Shown here: piece after piece, positions 1-8,337 of the stretch
How positions within the stretch are numbered: the first letter of the stretch is position 1
How the letters are laid out: each line of letters begins with the position of its first letter
IMG/VR virus record: IMGVR_UViG_3300029288_000090
Span: 62,557-126,556 of that record
Origin: a virus
Taxonomy: Duplodnaviria; Caudoviricetes
Length of the DNA stretch: 64,000 nt
Reading direction: 5' to 3' (one strand)
Translations under genes and position numbers: made by a program
The notes under the pieces: model-generated
Told to the model about the DNA's origin: nothing
The model's database searches: none
Seen by the model: the letters and a program-made list of their open reading frames with translations, nothing else

Positions 1-245
1 AAAGTTTTTCCAGTTCCAATTCCGTGAATAAACCCTACTCTATCTTTTTCAGAAGCAAAGCCAAGAGAAGCATATTGATGTTTTTTAGGGGTAGTCTTTG
101 CAAACATAATAGGAGCTACATCTTGGAACAAATACTCAAGATCTTCTAAAGACAATAGTTTATAATCAAATTGACGGGTCTCAATAGAACGTCGCCTTTG
201 AGAACCCACTTTAACTATCTTTCCATTTCTTTTAATAATACCCAT
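1..245 (-). CDS. SF2 (SNF2-like) helicase, N-terminal part (runs off window)
   Basis: Manual translation from ATG at 245: ...TPKKHQYASLGFASEKDRVGFIHGIGTGKT, a Q-motif-like segment followed by Walker A GTGKT; absent from the ORF track because truncated. Confidence 0.7.
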   Translation of the reverse strand, partial: MGIIKRNGKIVKVGSQRRRSIETRQFDYKLLSLEDLEYLFQDVAPIMFAKTTPKKHQYASLGFASEKDRVGFIHGIGTGKT

Positions 246-256
246 AAAATTTTCTC

Positions 257-658
257 TTATACCTTATATTCTATAAACCATTCATGAACGGCATTATTAT
301 TATAATCAATACTACGGTTGTAGTTAATGTTCGGACGGAGTTGAATTAACTCTACTTTATCCCAAGAGCTAGAATGAAAGTGTTCTCCATCACGATATTT
401 TTTCTCACATTGAGGAATAACACATAAACTTCTTCCATCAGGCAATGTACAAAGAAATATTCTTGGTTCCGCTTCTTTTATTATTATATCTCCTTTCTTA
501 TAGTAAACATTGACGGGAGTACCTAATGTAGGAGGGTGTGCAGGATATTTGACCTCTAGAATTACTTGTGCCCAAGATTTGATTAGTTCCTGATGTTCTG
601 TGGAGAAGGAGAAACTGCTTGGTGTTGTAATAGTCAGTAACACTTCTTTTTTAAGCAT
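257..658 (-). CDS. hypothetical protein
   Basis: 133 aa ORF tightly packed in the leftward operon. Confidence 0.6.
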   Translation of the reverse strand: MLKKEVLLTITTPSSFSFSTEHQELIKSWAQVILEVKYPAHPPTLGTPVNVYYKKGDIIIKEAEPRIFLCTLPDGRSLCVIPQCEKKYRDGEHFHSSSWDKVELIQLRPNINYNRSIDYNNNAVHEWFIEYKV

Positions 659-660
659 AC

Positions 661-1143
661 TTAAGTTCCTTTTCTAAATAATTTTGCATAATACTTTATA
701 TACTCTTGTCCACTATAGTTTTTGATTTCCGCTGCTTGATAAATAATAGAGATATACTCAACCATCTTCTTTACGGTCCACGCGTGGATATATTTTCCAG
801 GTTCTTGAGTTACCTCTTCATTATGAATCCAAAAATCTTTCTCAACAAATCCTTCATACTCTAACTCCCAAACTCTTTTTCTTCGTTTTATCCAGATCCA
901 AACGTTGGGTTCATAAATTCGAGTAGGAAGACGAGCTATAGAAATATGAAACCAATAAGGACATCGACAAATTCTCCCGTCTCCATCTTTATTTGGGCAG
1001 TATTCATTATTGTAGTAATTTACATCTCCTATTTGTAACCCAACCAAAGCCAGACCTTCTGAAAAAGCATTGTATTGAACAAACGTTTCCAGAAGTCGTA
1101 AATCTTTTTTATCTAATAATTGTGTTGGTTTATCGTAACTCAC
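661..1143 (-). CDS. hypothetical protein
   Basis: 160 aa ORF, AAGGAG RBS upstream. Confidence 0.65.
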   Translation of the reverse strand: MSYDKPTQLLDKKDLRLLETFVQYNAFSEGLALVGLQIGDVNYYNNEYCPNKDGDGRICRCPYWFHISIARLPTRIYEPNVWIWIKRRKRVWELEYEGFVEKDFWIHNEEVTQEPGKYIHAWTVKKMVEYISIIYQAAEIKNYSGQEYIKYYAKLFRKGT

Positions 1144-1156
1144 AAATATCTCCTTA

Positions 1157-1372
1157 CTACTTCTCCATAAGTTCTTTCATATCCTTCTTAATCTGTCCGT
1201 TCTCTCTACATAATCTACAAACGTACCACGTCCCATTTTTAGGAGTGTCAAAGCAGAATAGATCTTTAAACTTAACTTCATCATTACAAAAATCACAACT
1301 GGTAAGATGATCATCTGTATGATCTCCAAGAGTCAAAGATCTGAATTTAATCATCCTCTTCCTCCTCTTCAT
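1157..1372 (-). CDS. small zinc-finger protein
   Basis: CDFC...CRLC pairs. Confidence 0.55.
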   Translation of the reverse strand: MKRRKRMIKFRSLTLGDHTDDHLTSCDFCNDEVKFKDLFCFDTPKNGTWYVCRLCRENGQIKKDMKELMEK

Positions 1373-2744
1373 CTCTCTTATCAGAAGGATCTGGAGGAAA
1401 CCAACTGTCTGTACAAACTTGGCCTATGTCCAAATTCTGTTTTATGAAACATCCTCTTCCATCTTGGACGGATCTTCCTCCTATAATCCATGCTCTCATC
1501 TCACTTCTGCTTCTTTGAGTCTCATCTGAAGAGATAGCCAGAGCCAGATCTACGTTAGCTAACTTTCGAATGTCTTCCGCAAAATCAGCTTGATGGAGTT
1601 TTGCTTTGAGAAGAGCCGCTCTGTTGGTTTGACTGACCGTCATGACGGTAATATTTCTTTCGTCTGCTATTCTTTTATGATCAATATAAATTTGATTGAT
1701 GGACTCTCTTCTACTACTGGGAGGAATTGACATAATATCAGCGTAGTCATTGATTAACAAATCTGGAACAAAACTGTAGTATGTTTCCAAATAATTTAAA
1801 TATCTATCTATCTCGTTCATAGTACACGTACCCATAGCGTACTTCTTAATGATTAATCTTCCTCCCATCTTTCTCCAGATCCTTCTAACCTTTTTAACAG
1901 CTTTTAGAGAGTAAGCAGAAGGAGATATAATTTTTTTCTCCTTGATAAGTTCTCCTTTACTTCCCATTTCTTGCACGGTAATTTCTGAAGATTCTCCATC
2001 TCTATTTCCCGTCAATCCTCCCAGATTTCTGTCATATCGTTCTTCTATTTCTTCTATCTCCATTTCATGGCTGATATGAAGAACATTCATTCCTTTAAGA
2101 AGTCCTTGCTTTCCCATATGATTTAAGAACCAACTTTTCCGTCCTTTTAGACCCCCAAGGATACATACAAACCATCCTCTTCTAATGCCTCCTTTAAGAA
2201 GAATGTCTAGTTGATCTATTCCTGTAGGGAGATACACTTCGTCCAAGGTTTTGTTATAGTATGTAGGAACATCAGAGAGGAAGTATTCTAATCCTACGTT
2301 CTCCTTTTCTACCCCTGCTCGAAGAGCTTGGTGCATTAAGGAACGAGCCTCTTCAAATCTCCCTTTTTCAACCATTTTAACAAAATCAACAGCTGCCTCC
2401 TCAAAAGTCCTGGCCCTGACGAAATCAGAAATAGTTTTTATAACATAATCAACATTAGGGGGATCCATTTCAGAAATTCGAGTGACATATGATGTATACA
2501 ACTTTCTGTCTTCTGGATCCTTCTTCTGAATTCTTCTGACCAATTCATCATGGAGATGATTTTCAGGGGCTGCTCCAAATTGATCATAATATTCATAGCA
2601 TACCCTGACAAGGGTTGCTGTTACGTCAGAAGTGAAATATTCATAAGGAACAGAAGTCCTGACTAACTTTAAAAAGTCCGAACTAGTAACTGCCAAATGA
2701 ACAAAGCAATCCTGAATATGTTGATTGATTACTGATTGTGACAT
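1347..2744 (-). CDS. replicative DNA helicase, DnaB/T4 gp41-like
   Basis: LPTGIDQLD..LKGG, P-loop GGLKGRKS, HISHEM, LLINDYAD Walker B, TVSQTNR, AEDIRK. Confidence 0.88.
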   Translation of the reverse strand: MSQSVINQHIQDCFVHLAVTSSDFLKLVRTSVPYEYFTSDVTATLVRVCYEYYDQFGAAPENHLHDELVRRIQKKDPEDRKLYTSYVTRISEMDPPNVDYVIKTISDFVRARTFEEAAVDFVKMVEKGRFEEARSLMHQALRAGVEKENVGLEYFLSDVPTYYNKTLDEVYLPTGIDQLDILLKGGIRRGWFVCILGGLKGRKSWFLNHMGKQGLLKGMNVLHISHEMEIEEIEERYDRNLGGLTGNRDGESSEITVQEMGSKGELIKEKKIISPSAYSLKAVKKVRRIWRKMGGRLIIKKYAMGTCTMNEIDRYLNYLETYYSFVPDLLINDYADIMSIPPSSRRESINQIYIDHKRIADERNITVMTVSQTNRAALLKAKLHQADFAEDIRKLANVDLALAISSDETQRSRSEMRAWIIGGRSVQDGRGCFIKQNLDIGQVCTDSWFPPDPSDKRDEEEEEDD

Positions 2745-2747
2745 AAT

Positions 2748-2864
2748 CTATTTGCCATCTACATTATTTTGGAACTTCTTCCAATCTCTACGACATACTC
2801 CATATCCAAATAAGTATCCGACTGTAAAACAAACACCAGCAAATGTAAGTAGCCATCCTAACAT
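2748..2864 (-). CDS. small membrane protein (38 aa)
   Basis: AAGGAG RBS, MLGWLLTFAGVCFTVGYLFGYGVCRRDWKKFQNNVDGK; below the ORF-track cutoff. Confidence 0.55.
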   Translation of the reverse strand: MLGWLLTFAGVCFTVGYLFGYGVCRRDWKKFQNNVDGK

Positions 2865-3007
2865 ATTATCTCCTTCTACAAGTTGTAGGAACCTTAAAAA
2901 TTATACCCAAAAATCTAAGTACGTCGCTCTGCAGGGTCCCTATCTCTGGAAACGGGTATATTGACAGGGACCAGAGAACAAAACACGTACAGGGCCCGTC
3001 AGTCATT

Positions 3008-3946
3008 TTATCCGATAACTCTTTCATTTAAGTATTGTGGAAAAACAGTTGTCCAAGTCGCTTCTGAACATATACTGGAAGTATACACCAAACGATTTTG
3101 TTGCTTATAAGTAGAATCTAAGGCATCTATCAGAAGTTCTTCATAATCCTTGGGAATGACGTCTCTTTTCTTACAAAAGGAACGGAGCTTCTTTGCAGCT
3201 TTAATAAACTTATTTTGCTCTTTGGAGGAGTTTGCCGTGAACTTTTTCTTGGATCCTACAAATCTATCTCGGAATAATCGATACAATCTCTCAGCTATAT
3301 CCAGAATTTCAGGTTCATCACTTTCCAGATCTGTGGAGTCCATCTCCATTTCTAATCGATCAAATTGAGCCCGCAACTTATTTGTACTTAAAATATTTCT
3401 CCTCCAGAAAAGATCTTGTTGGCACCATTCTATGACTTTAGCTATTGTTTCGGGATCCCGTTTGTCTCTTCGGATCATTCGATCAATGACCAGAGTCCAT
3501 TCCTGAAGATTAGGAGTTCTATAATCTGGCTTGTGTTTTTTGATTAGATTGAGAAGTCCTTCGGCCAGAATATACTCTGTAGAATCGGGTGCAAACTTTT
3601 GAAAAGTCCGCACCCTGGTTTTCCGGCTCACAACTTTTGTAAAAGTTTGGAGGGCAGAAAAGTCCGCCTCATAACTCCCTAAAAGTTCAGACAATATATT
3701 ATATTCTTTTATTAATTTAAATTTATTAATAATATTAATTATATCACAACTTTTAACTGAAAAGTCCGCACCCTTCATTTCCTGATTAGTAGTGAGTTGT
3801 AAGGTCACAGCCTCCACTAAAATTTGAATAGCTATTTTCAGGGTGCAAACTTCTTGAGTCAGGATGCAAACTTTCTGTTGTAAATCTTCCAGGGTGCAAA
3901 CTTTTTCTGGAGTCTCAGGACTGTCTATTTCTGATTCGTTAGGCAT
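3008..3946 (-). CDS. replication initiator/replisome organizer (lambda O-like C-terminal domain)
   Basis: W..VIDRMIRRDKR...I..VIEWCQQD.FWRRNILSTNKLRAQFDRL motif; upstream of the helicase; internal iterons. Confidence 0.75.
   Translation of the reverse strand: MPNESEIDSPETPEKVCTLEDLQQKVCILTQEVCTLKIAIQILVEAVTLQLTTNQEMKGADFSVKSCDIINIINKFKLIKEYNILSELLGSYEADFSALQTFTKVVSRKTRVRTFQKFAPDSTEYILAEGLLNLIKKHKPDYRTPNLQEWTLVIDRMIRRDKRDPETIAKVIEWCQQDLFWRRNILSTNKLRAQFDRLEMEMDSTDLESDEPEILDIAERLYRLFRDRFVGSKKKFTANSSKEQNKFIKAAKKLRSFCKKRDVIPKDYEELLIDALDSTYKQQNRLVYTSSICSEATWTTVFPQYLNERVIG
3587..3906. repeat. iteron cluster and AT-rich tract, putative replication origin inside the initiator gene
   Basis: GG(G/A)TGCAAACTT at 3587, 3841, 3862, 3892; inverted variants AAAAGTCCGC(A/C) at 3602, 3658, 3760; nearly pure A/T tract at about 3693-3745. 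Confidence 0.7.
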
Positions 3947-4114
3947 TTTTTCTTAATTTTATAAGATATTTTTTCTTTTTTGACGTGAATTTGGTTATAG
4001 GTACTGTCTATCATGGTATTTATAAAATATTCGTGCCTTCCCGTTAAATTTATAGAAAAATAAGTATTTTTTTGCTGTTTTCATAAAAATATTCATTTTT
4101 TTGTTTCGTGAGTA

Positions 4115-4132
4115 GTATATATTATTATTGTA
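4115..4132 (+). promoter_or_regulatory. repeated phage promoter-like motif GTATATATTATTATTGTA, copy 1
   Basis: Identical copy at 5033-5050 and a 2-mismatch copy at 16286-16303, all intergenic and upstream of rightward units. Confidence 0.6.
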
Positions 4133-4248
4133 CGTTTTAAGTTATTCTTAGATGAGGTTTTCAAGATGGTTCCTTTGAAAAGTAAATAGAGATAAATAAC
4201 ATTCCGTATATGAAGTAAATTATTTCTTTATGTACGTCAGAATGTTAT

Positions 4249-5017
4249 GAAGCACAACAAGAAGCCTGTAACTCCTAGGTAATTTAGGCCGCAGGCACAT
4301 TTTACGGAGACTGGTTATCTCCTCGGATGGTTGAGATGGACATTAAACTATATACCTGTCTGTTCTTAAGTTGTCCACTAGTGACAACCTTGTTGTGTTC
4401 CCGGGTGGCTCTTACTGAGTCCCCGGGTTGTTTACAATAAGGTATTAAATCAAATGCCTTTTGTTTTAGGCCCACGGATTACATCAATTCGTAGCAGGTT
4501 TAATGCTTTTTAAAATAAGTTCTCGGCGGTGCCAGACTGCGATTACCTCTATGCATCGCCGAGACATTACTGCGGAGTAGAGCAGTTGGTAGCTCGTTTG
4601 GCTCATAACCAAAAGGTCGCTGGTTCAAGTCCAGCCTCCGCTAGTAGCTACGTATCGGACCGGTCAACAGCCGATTGTTGACGGAGCCTCAGAAGCTCAC
4701 GTAGCTATTTGTTCTACTCACGAATTTTGTGGTGTGAGAGTGAGTAGCTTTGATAAGAATGTCAGCAACGGAAGTTGTGGACGGGCTCCGTGTCCAGCTG
4801 AGTAATTACGGAGTAGGTTGTTGATGAATACTAAAATGTTTATCAATGTAAAACGTCAGTCGCACAGCCGCTGTAATCCTTTGAAGCCTGGTATTCTTTC
4901 ATTATAGTTCTCTATCGTGCAACTATGCACAACGTCGCTAGTTTGATAGGATTGCCGGTTGATATTAAGCTGCTAGCACGAAACCGGATGTCAGGAATTA
5001 ACCTGTTAGAGAACTAT
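4249..5017 (+). ncRNA. array of structured non-coding RNA elements flanking the tRNA
   Basis: No ORF of 60 aa or more; consecutive domains closed by 8-12 bp helices with G-U pairs (4249-4400, 4400-4427, 4521-4564, 4644-4708, 4714-4747, 4755-4898, 4904-5017). Confidence 0.55.
4571..4643 (+). tRNA. tRNA-Met(CAT), initiator (fMet) type, CCA not encoded
   Basis: Cloverleaf TGCGGAG/CTCCGCT-A with a 1:72 mismatch, D stem GAGC/GCTC (A11:U24), anticodon arm TTTGG-CTCATAA-CCAAA, T arm GCTGG-TTCAAGT-CCAGC. Confidence 0.93.
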
Positions 5018-5032
5018 TTTTATTTGCAGTCA

Positions 5033-5050
5033 GTATATATTATTATTGTA
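5033..5050 (+). promoter_or_regulatory. repeated phage promoter-like motif, copy 2
   Basis: GTATATATTATTATTGTA ahead of the deazaguanine/replication operon. Confidence 0.6.
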
Positions 5051-5113
5051 AGTCTTTAGTGGAACGTCGGCGTGCTGGGTGCCCAGTACGTCCTCTTGCT
5101 TTTAAAATATTAT

Positions 5114-5326
5114 ATGATACGAACAGTACAAAGTAAAGAATTGTGGAAGGTCCAGTTTTGGGCTTATCCTTCTGGAGGAGGCAGAACTTTTTTAGATACT
5201 GCAGTTGTTCGAGCAGATTCTAAAGAGTCAGCCATAGAAATTTTTAATAGTTACAGAAATCTTAGGACTAGTTCTCCACCAGTAGCTAGTAATGTAAATC
5301 TCTTAGAAGTCATAGAAGACAGTTAA
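5114..5326 (+). CDS. hypothetical protein
   Basis: ORF 5072-5326; ATG at 5114 preferred because the upstream part is a hairpin. Confidence 0.55.
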   Translation: MIRTVQSKELWKVQFWAYPSGGGRTFLDTAVVRADSKESAIEIFNSYRNLRTSSPPVASNVNLLEVIEDS

Positions 5327-5327
5327 T

Positions 5328-5843
5328 ATGATTACTGACTATTCAGAAAAAGAATTATTGATGTTACGATCTTTGGGAATTTCTAATATGCTATTTGAAA
5401 AGTTATCTATTTTGGATACTTACAAAGCAGCTATTGAGCATGTGTTTTTGTATAAAAAGACAGGTGCTGCAGTTGACTCTTTGAGGAGATGTTGGCAGGC
5501 TATATGTATTTGTAGTTTTCCTAGAAACACAGAAGAATTTGACAAGTTAATACAATTAGATTTTGTAGAAGAAGAGAAGGGAGTTACAAAAGTTAGTGAT
5601 AAGCTGTTAGATGAATTCATGGTTTGGATTCATGAAATCATACAATATTCTTATGCTCTTAAGATAGCTTTTCATTGTGATGGATTTCCTTTAAAAGTAG
5701 TTATAGAGAATCATCCGGAAGTTCTTTGCGGTTGTCCAATAGAAGATGAAACAATAGATGCATTCGAAAATCAACCTATTCGTTATATAGGAGATCGATT
5801 AGTATCTAAACTTTTGTGTGGATGTCCGATATTTATATGGTAG
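5328..5843 (+). CDS. hypothetical protein with two LCGCPI motifs
   Basis: 171 aa ORF, translationally coupled to neighbours. Confidence 0.65.
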   Translation: MITDYSEKELLMLRSLGISNMLFEKLSILDTYKAAIEHVFLYKKTGAAVDSLRRCWQAICICSFPRNTEEFDKLIQLDFVEEEKGVTKVSDKLLDEFMVWIHEIIQYSYALKIAFHCDGFPLKVVIENHPEVLCGCPIEDETIDAFENQPIRYIGDRLVSKLLCGCPIFIW

Positions 5844-6592
5844 ACGTATTTAGTATTTACAATTCAATAGATGGAGAGGTAAATGGATTCCATGGAATAG
5901 GGGAACCTACTACGTTTATTCGACTTAAGGGTTGTAATCTTCGGTGTAAGTTTTGTGACACCCAGTATGCTAATCAAGAAGGTGGTTTAGGTGAGTTGAC
6001 CATCGAAGATATTTTGAAGTATCCTTTGCTTAATAAGATTACGATTACGGGAGGAGAACCACTTCTTCAGAAGGATAGTCTTATATCATTATTAGAAAAA
6101 TTACTGATAGATACAAAAGAGCGTGCAGGGAAAAATATTAGTATAGAAACAAATGGCACTATCAGTATAAGAGATTTTGATGAGGATGGTCTTATAATAT
6201 GTTTCAGACGCAGTGATGAAGAATGTATTCCTAGATTACGATTTGTTGTGGATTATAAGTTGAATGCTTGTTTTGAGGAAGAGAACTTTAAGTTAATGAA
6301 TGAATTTGATGTTCTTAAATTTGTAGTTGGATCAGAAGAAGAGTATAAGTTTGCAAAGGAAGTGATTAGGAAACATAGACCAAGATGTTTGGTAGCTTTC
6401 AGTCCAGTTATGAATAAAGAATGGAGATCTATTAGTTTAGAACAAGGACGTAATTTCTATTCTATATTATTTGCCAAACAATTAGCAGAATGGGTAGTCA
6501 GGGATTCTAGCAGTTTACCATGTAGAACAATATTCAGTCTGCAGCTACATAAGGTGTTGTGGCCAGATTGTGATGGAACTAATGAACGCTGA
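5837..6592 (+). CDS. queE: 7-carboxy-7-deazaguanine synthase (radical SAM)
   Basis: SIDGE...GEPTTFIRLKGCNLRCKFCDT, ITITGGEPLLQ, IETNGT, SLQLHKVLW. Confidence 0.9.
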   Translation: MVDVFSIYNSIDGEVNGFHGIGEPTTFIRLKGCNLRCKFCDTQYANQEGGLGELTIEDILKYPLLNKITITGGEPLLQKDSLISLLEKLLIDTKERAGKNISIETNGTISIRDFDEDGLIICFRRSDEECIPRLRFVVDYKLNACFEEENFKLMNEFDVLKFVVGSEEEYKFAKEVIRKHRPRCLVAFSPVMNKEWRSISLEQGRNFYSILFAKQLAEWVVRDSSSLPCRTIFSLQLHKVLWPDCDGTNER

Positions 6593-7088
6593 TAAAGGAG
6601 ATACAGCAATGTCAGAACACGATGATAAATGTGAAGCTTTTGGACTTGATTTTAGTGAAACTGCCAAAGAATGTGAGAAGTGCAAAAATGCATATCCGGA
6701 GGAACATGCGGAATGCAGGATCTTGACGGAACAAAATAGGAAGAAGCAGGAGGAACCTAAATCTTCTCCTCCAAAGGAAGTTGAACCTGAGAAGAAAGAC
6801 AACTCTTCTGAAGAGAAAACTACAAAGGTTTCAGGAAGGAAAAAAGCCTTAAGTGTCAACGTCAAGCAAGTCTGTCGAGATATGATCGCGGGAGGAAAAG
6901 GAAAGGAGGAGATCCTAACAGATATTGCCAATCTTTATAAAGATGCTGGAAAAGAAGAAAAGTATGCACAATCCCGTGCCCGTGCAATTTATAATGACAT
7001 CAGTAAGGAGAAGCAAGGAGATGCCGGAGCAGAAGAAAAAACAGAATCAGATACAAATAATTCAACAGACAATAGTAGTCAGAAGTAG
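6570..7088 (+). CDS. hypothetical protein, N-terminal Cys cluster (likely start 6609)
   Basis: CEAFG...ECEKC...EC followed by a charged linker and a helical domain. Confidence 0.65.
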   Translation: MMELMNADKGDTAMSEHDDKCEAFGLDFSETAKECEKCKNAYPEEHAECRILTEQNRKKQEEPKSSPPKEVEPEKKDNSSEEKTTKVSGRKKALSVNVKQVCRDMIAGGKGKEEILTDIANLYKDAGKEEKYAQSRARAIYNDISKEKQGDAGAEEKTESDTNNSTDNSSQK

Positions 7089-7398
7089 ATTCCAGGCAGT
7101 CCATTCTTGGCCTGGATGTCCTTTTGAAGAAGTTTCGTTTTTAAGGAATCCTCATAGACATGAGTTTCATGTTGAAGCAGAATTTCTTATTGCAGAAGAT
7201 CGGCAGAAGGAATTCTTTATGATCAAGAAGGAACTGAACAATGTTTTGATAGAATTTTATGAAGGAAAAGATCTTGGATCTAAATCCTGTGAAACAATAG
7301 CTTTAGAACTTGCATTTGAGATGTCCGAACGTATAGGAGATGTTGCCAGGATTTCTGTATTTGAAGACGGAGAGAATGGTGCTCATGTCTACTGTTAA
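7021..7398 (+). CDS. dpdL: QueD-like T-fold protein of the DpdL type
   Basis: FLRNPHRHEF fits the LxxxHRHxF signature; KSCE and VFEDGENG; lacks the canonical QueD CxxxHGH. Confidence 0.72.
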   Translation: MPEQKKKQNQIQIIQQTIVVRSRFQAVHSWPGCPFEEVSFLRNPHRHEFHVEAEFLIAEDRQKEFFMIKKELNNVLIEFYEGKDLGSKSCETIALELAFEMSERIGDVARISVFEDGENGAHVYC

Positions 7399-7414
7399 CT
7401 TTTAAAGTAAGGAG

Positions 7415-8317
7415 TTGTATAGAGTGATTCAGCATCAAACGTTGCCTGGACCTTTTCGAGTAGAGTATCCAGAAGTTTATCAACTTGAAGTTTGCTCAGC
7501 TTGTCAACTTCATTGTAAGATGTGCCCACGTGAAAAGTATACGAGAAAAGATCCAAGGAACTTCATAGAGATGTCAGTTGTCAAGAAGTTGATTGCTGAA
7601 GATTCCTTTCGTGGAAGTTATTTTCTAGAGCTCCAAATGGCTGGTGAACCTTTACTTCATCCACATCTTCTAGATGTTGTTAGTGAGATAAAGAAAGCAT
7701 ACCCTAAATTGAAGTTAGGGTTAAGTACTAATGGGATGTTGATTAAGAGACAATTACAAGCTCTTATCCTTTTAGATTACATCACAGTAAGTATTGATTC
7801 CGTAGACGAGTATGAAGACATCCGTACAGGTGGAGATGTACGTGTGCTTAGGGAAGGCATAGGGCTCCTCTTGGACAATCTGGAATTTGAACGAACGGCT
7901 TTGGATTTACAAATTGTAGAATTAGGCGATTGGCAGTATCAGTTAGAAAAAGTTAAATCTATCTACACCAACACACCAATCAACGTTAGGACCGTTCCAG
8001 ATTGTTTTAGGACGGTGTTTGAGAAATCTGATCACTATCCTGTCAAGAGTGAGCCCTGTGTCAACCCATGGTGGTCAGTAAGTATTCAAGCAAATGGGAA
8101 CGTAGTCCCTTGTTGCTTTAGTTTCGGGGATGATCTTATTTACGGTAATGTCAAAGACACTTCTTTGGAGAAAATTTGGAGAACATCCTCTACGCTTGGT
8201 ATTCTTAGAGCATTCCATTCTACTGGAGTAGTACCTGAATTATGTAAGAAGTGTTATATGCGTTCTCCTGCTTTTTTGCATTGGAATATCTTCAGTACGT
8301 CACTGAAGAATAAATAA
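7415..8317 (+). CDS. radical SAM protein with SPASM/twitch domain
   Basis: CQLHCKMC, GEPLLHP, LSTNG; C-terminal PCVNPW..VSIQANGNVVPCC...GNV...LEKIW...CKKC; AAGGAG before a TTG start. Confidence 0.88.
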   Translation: MYRVIQHQTLPGPFRVEYPEVYQLEVCSACQLHCKMCPREKYTRKDPRNFIEMSVVKKLIAEDSFRGSYFLELQMAGEPLLHPHLLDVVSEIKKAYPKLKLGLSTNGMLIKRQLQALILLDYITVSIDSVDEYEDIRTGGDVRVLREGIGLLLDNLEFERTALDLQIVELGDWQYQLEKVKSIYTNTPINVRTVPDCFRTVFEKSDHYPVKSEPCVNPWWSVSIQANGNVVPCCFSFGDDLIYGNVKDTSLEKIWRTSSTLGILRAFHSTGVVPELCKKCYMRSPAFLHWNIFSTSLKNK

Positions 8318-8337
8318 TTTTATGTAAGGAGTCTATT

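Noticed and set aside
4644-4720. Theta/HDV-like ribozyme at the tRNA 3' end
   Set aside because: It starts with G right after the discriminator base, but the first helix is 10 bp and I could not build the nested P1.1/P2/P3 double pseudoknot
4940-4995. Hammerhead ribozyme (TGATAGG...CGAAAC...GTC)
   Set aside because: The core does not match CUGANGA and no stem I can be formed
4249-5017. tmRNA, RNase P or SRP RNA
   Set aside because: No tRNA-Ala-like ends or tag ORF, no GAGGAAAGUCC, and no SRP helix 8 motif recognised
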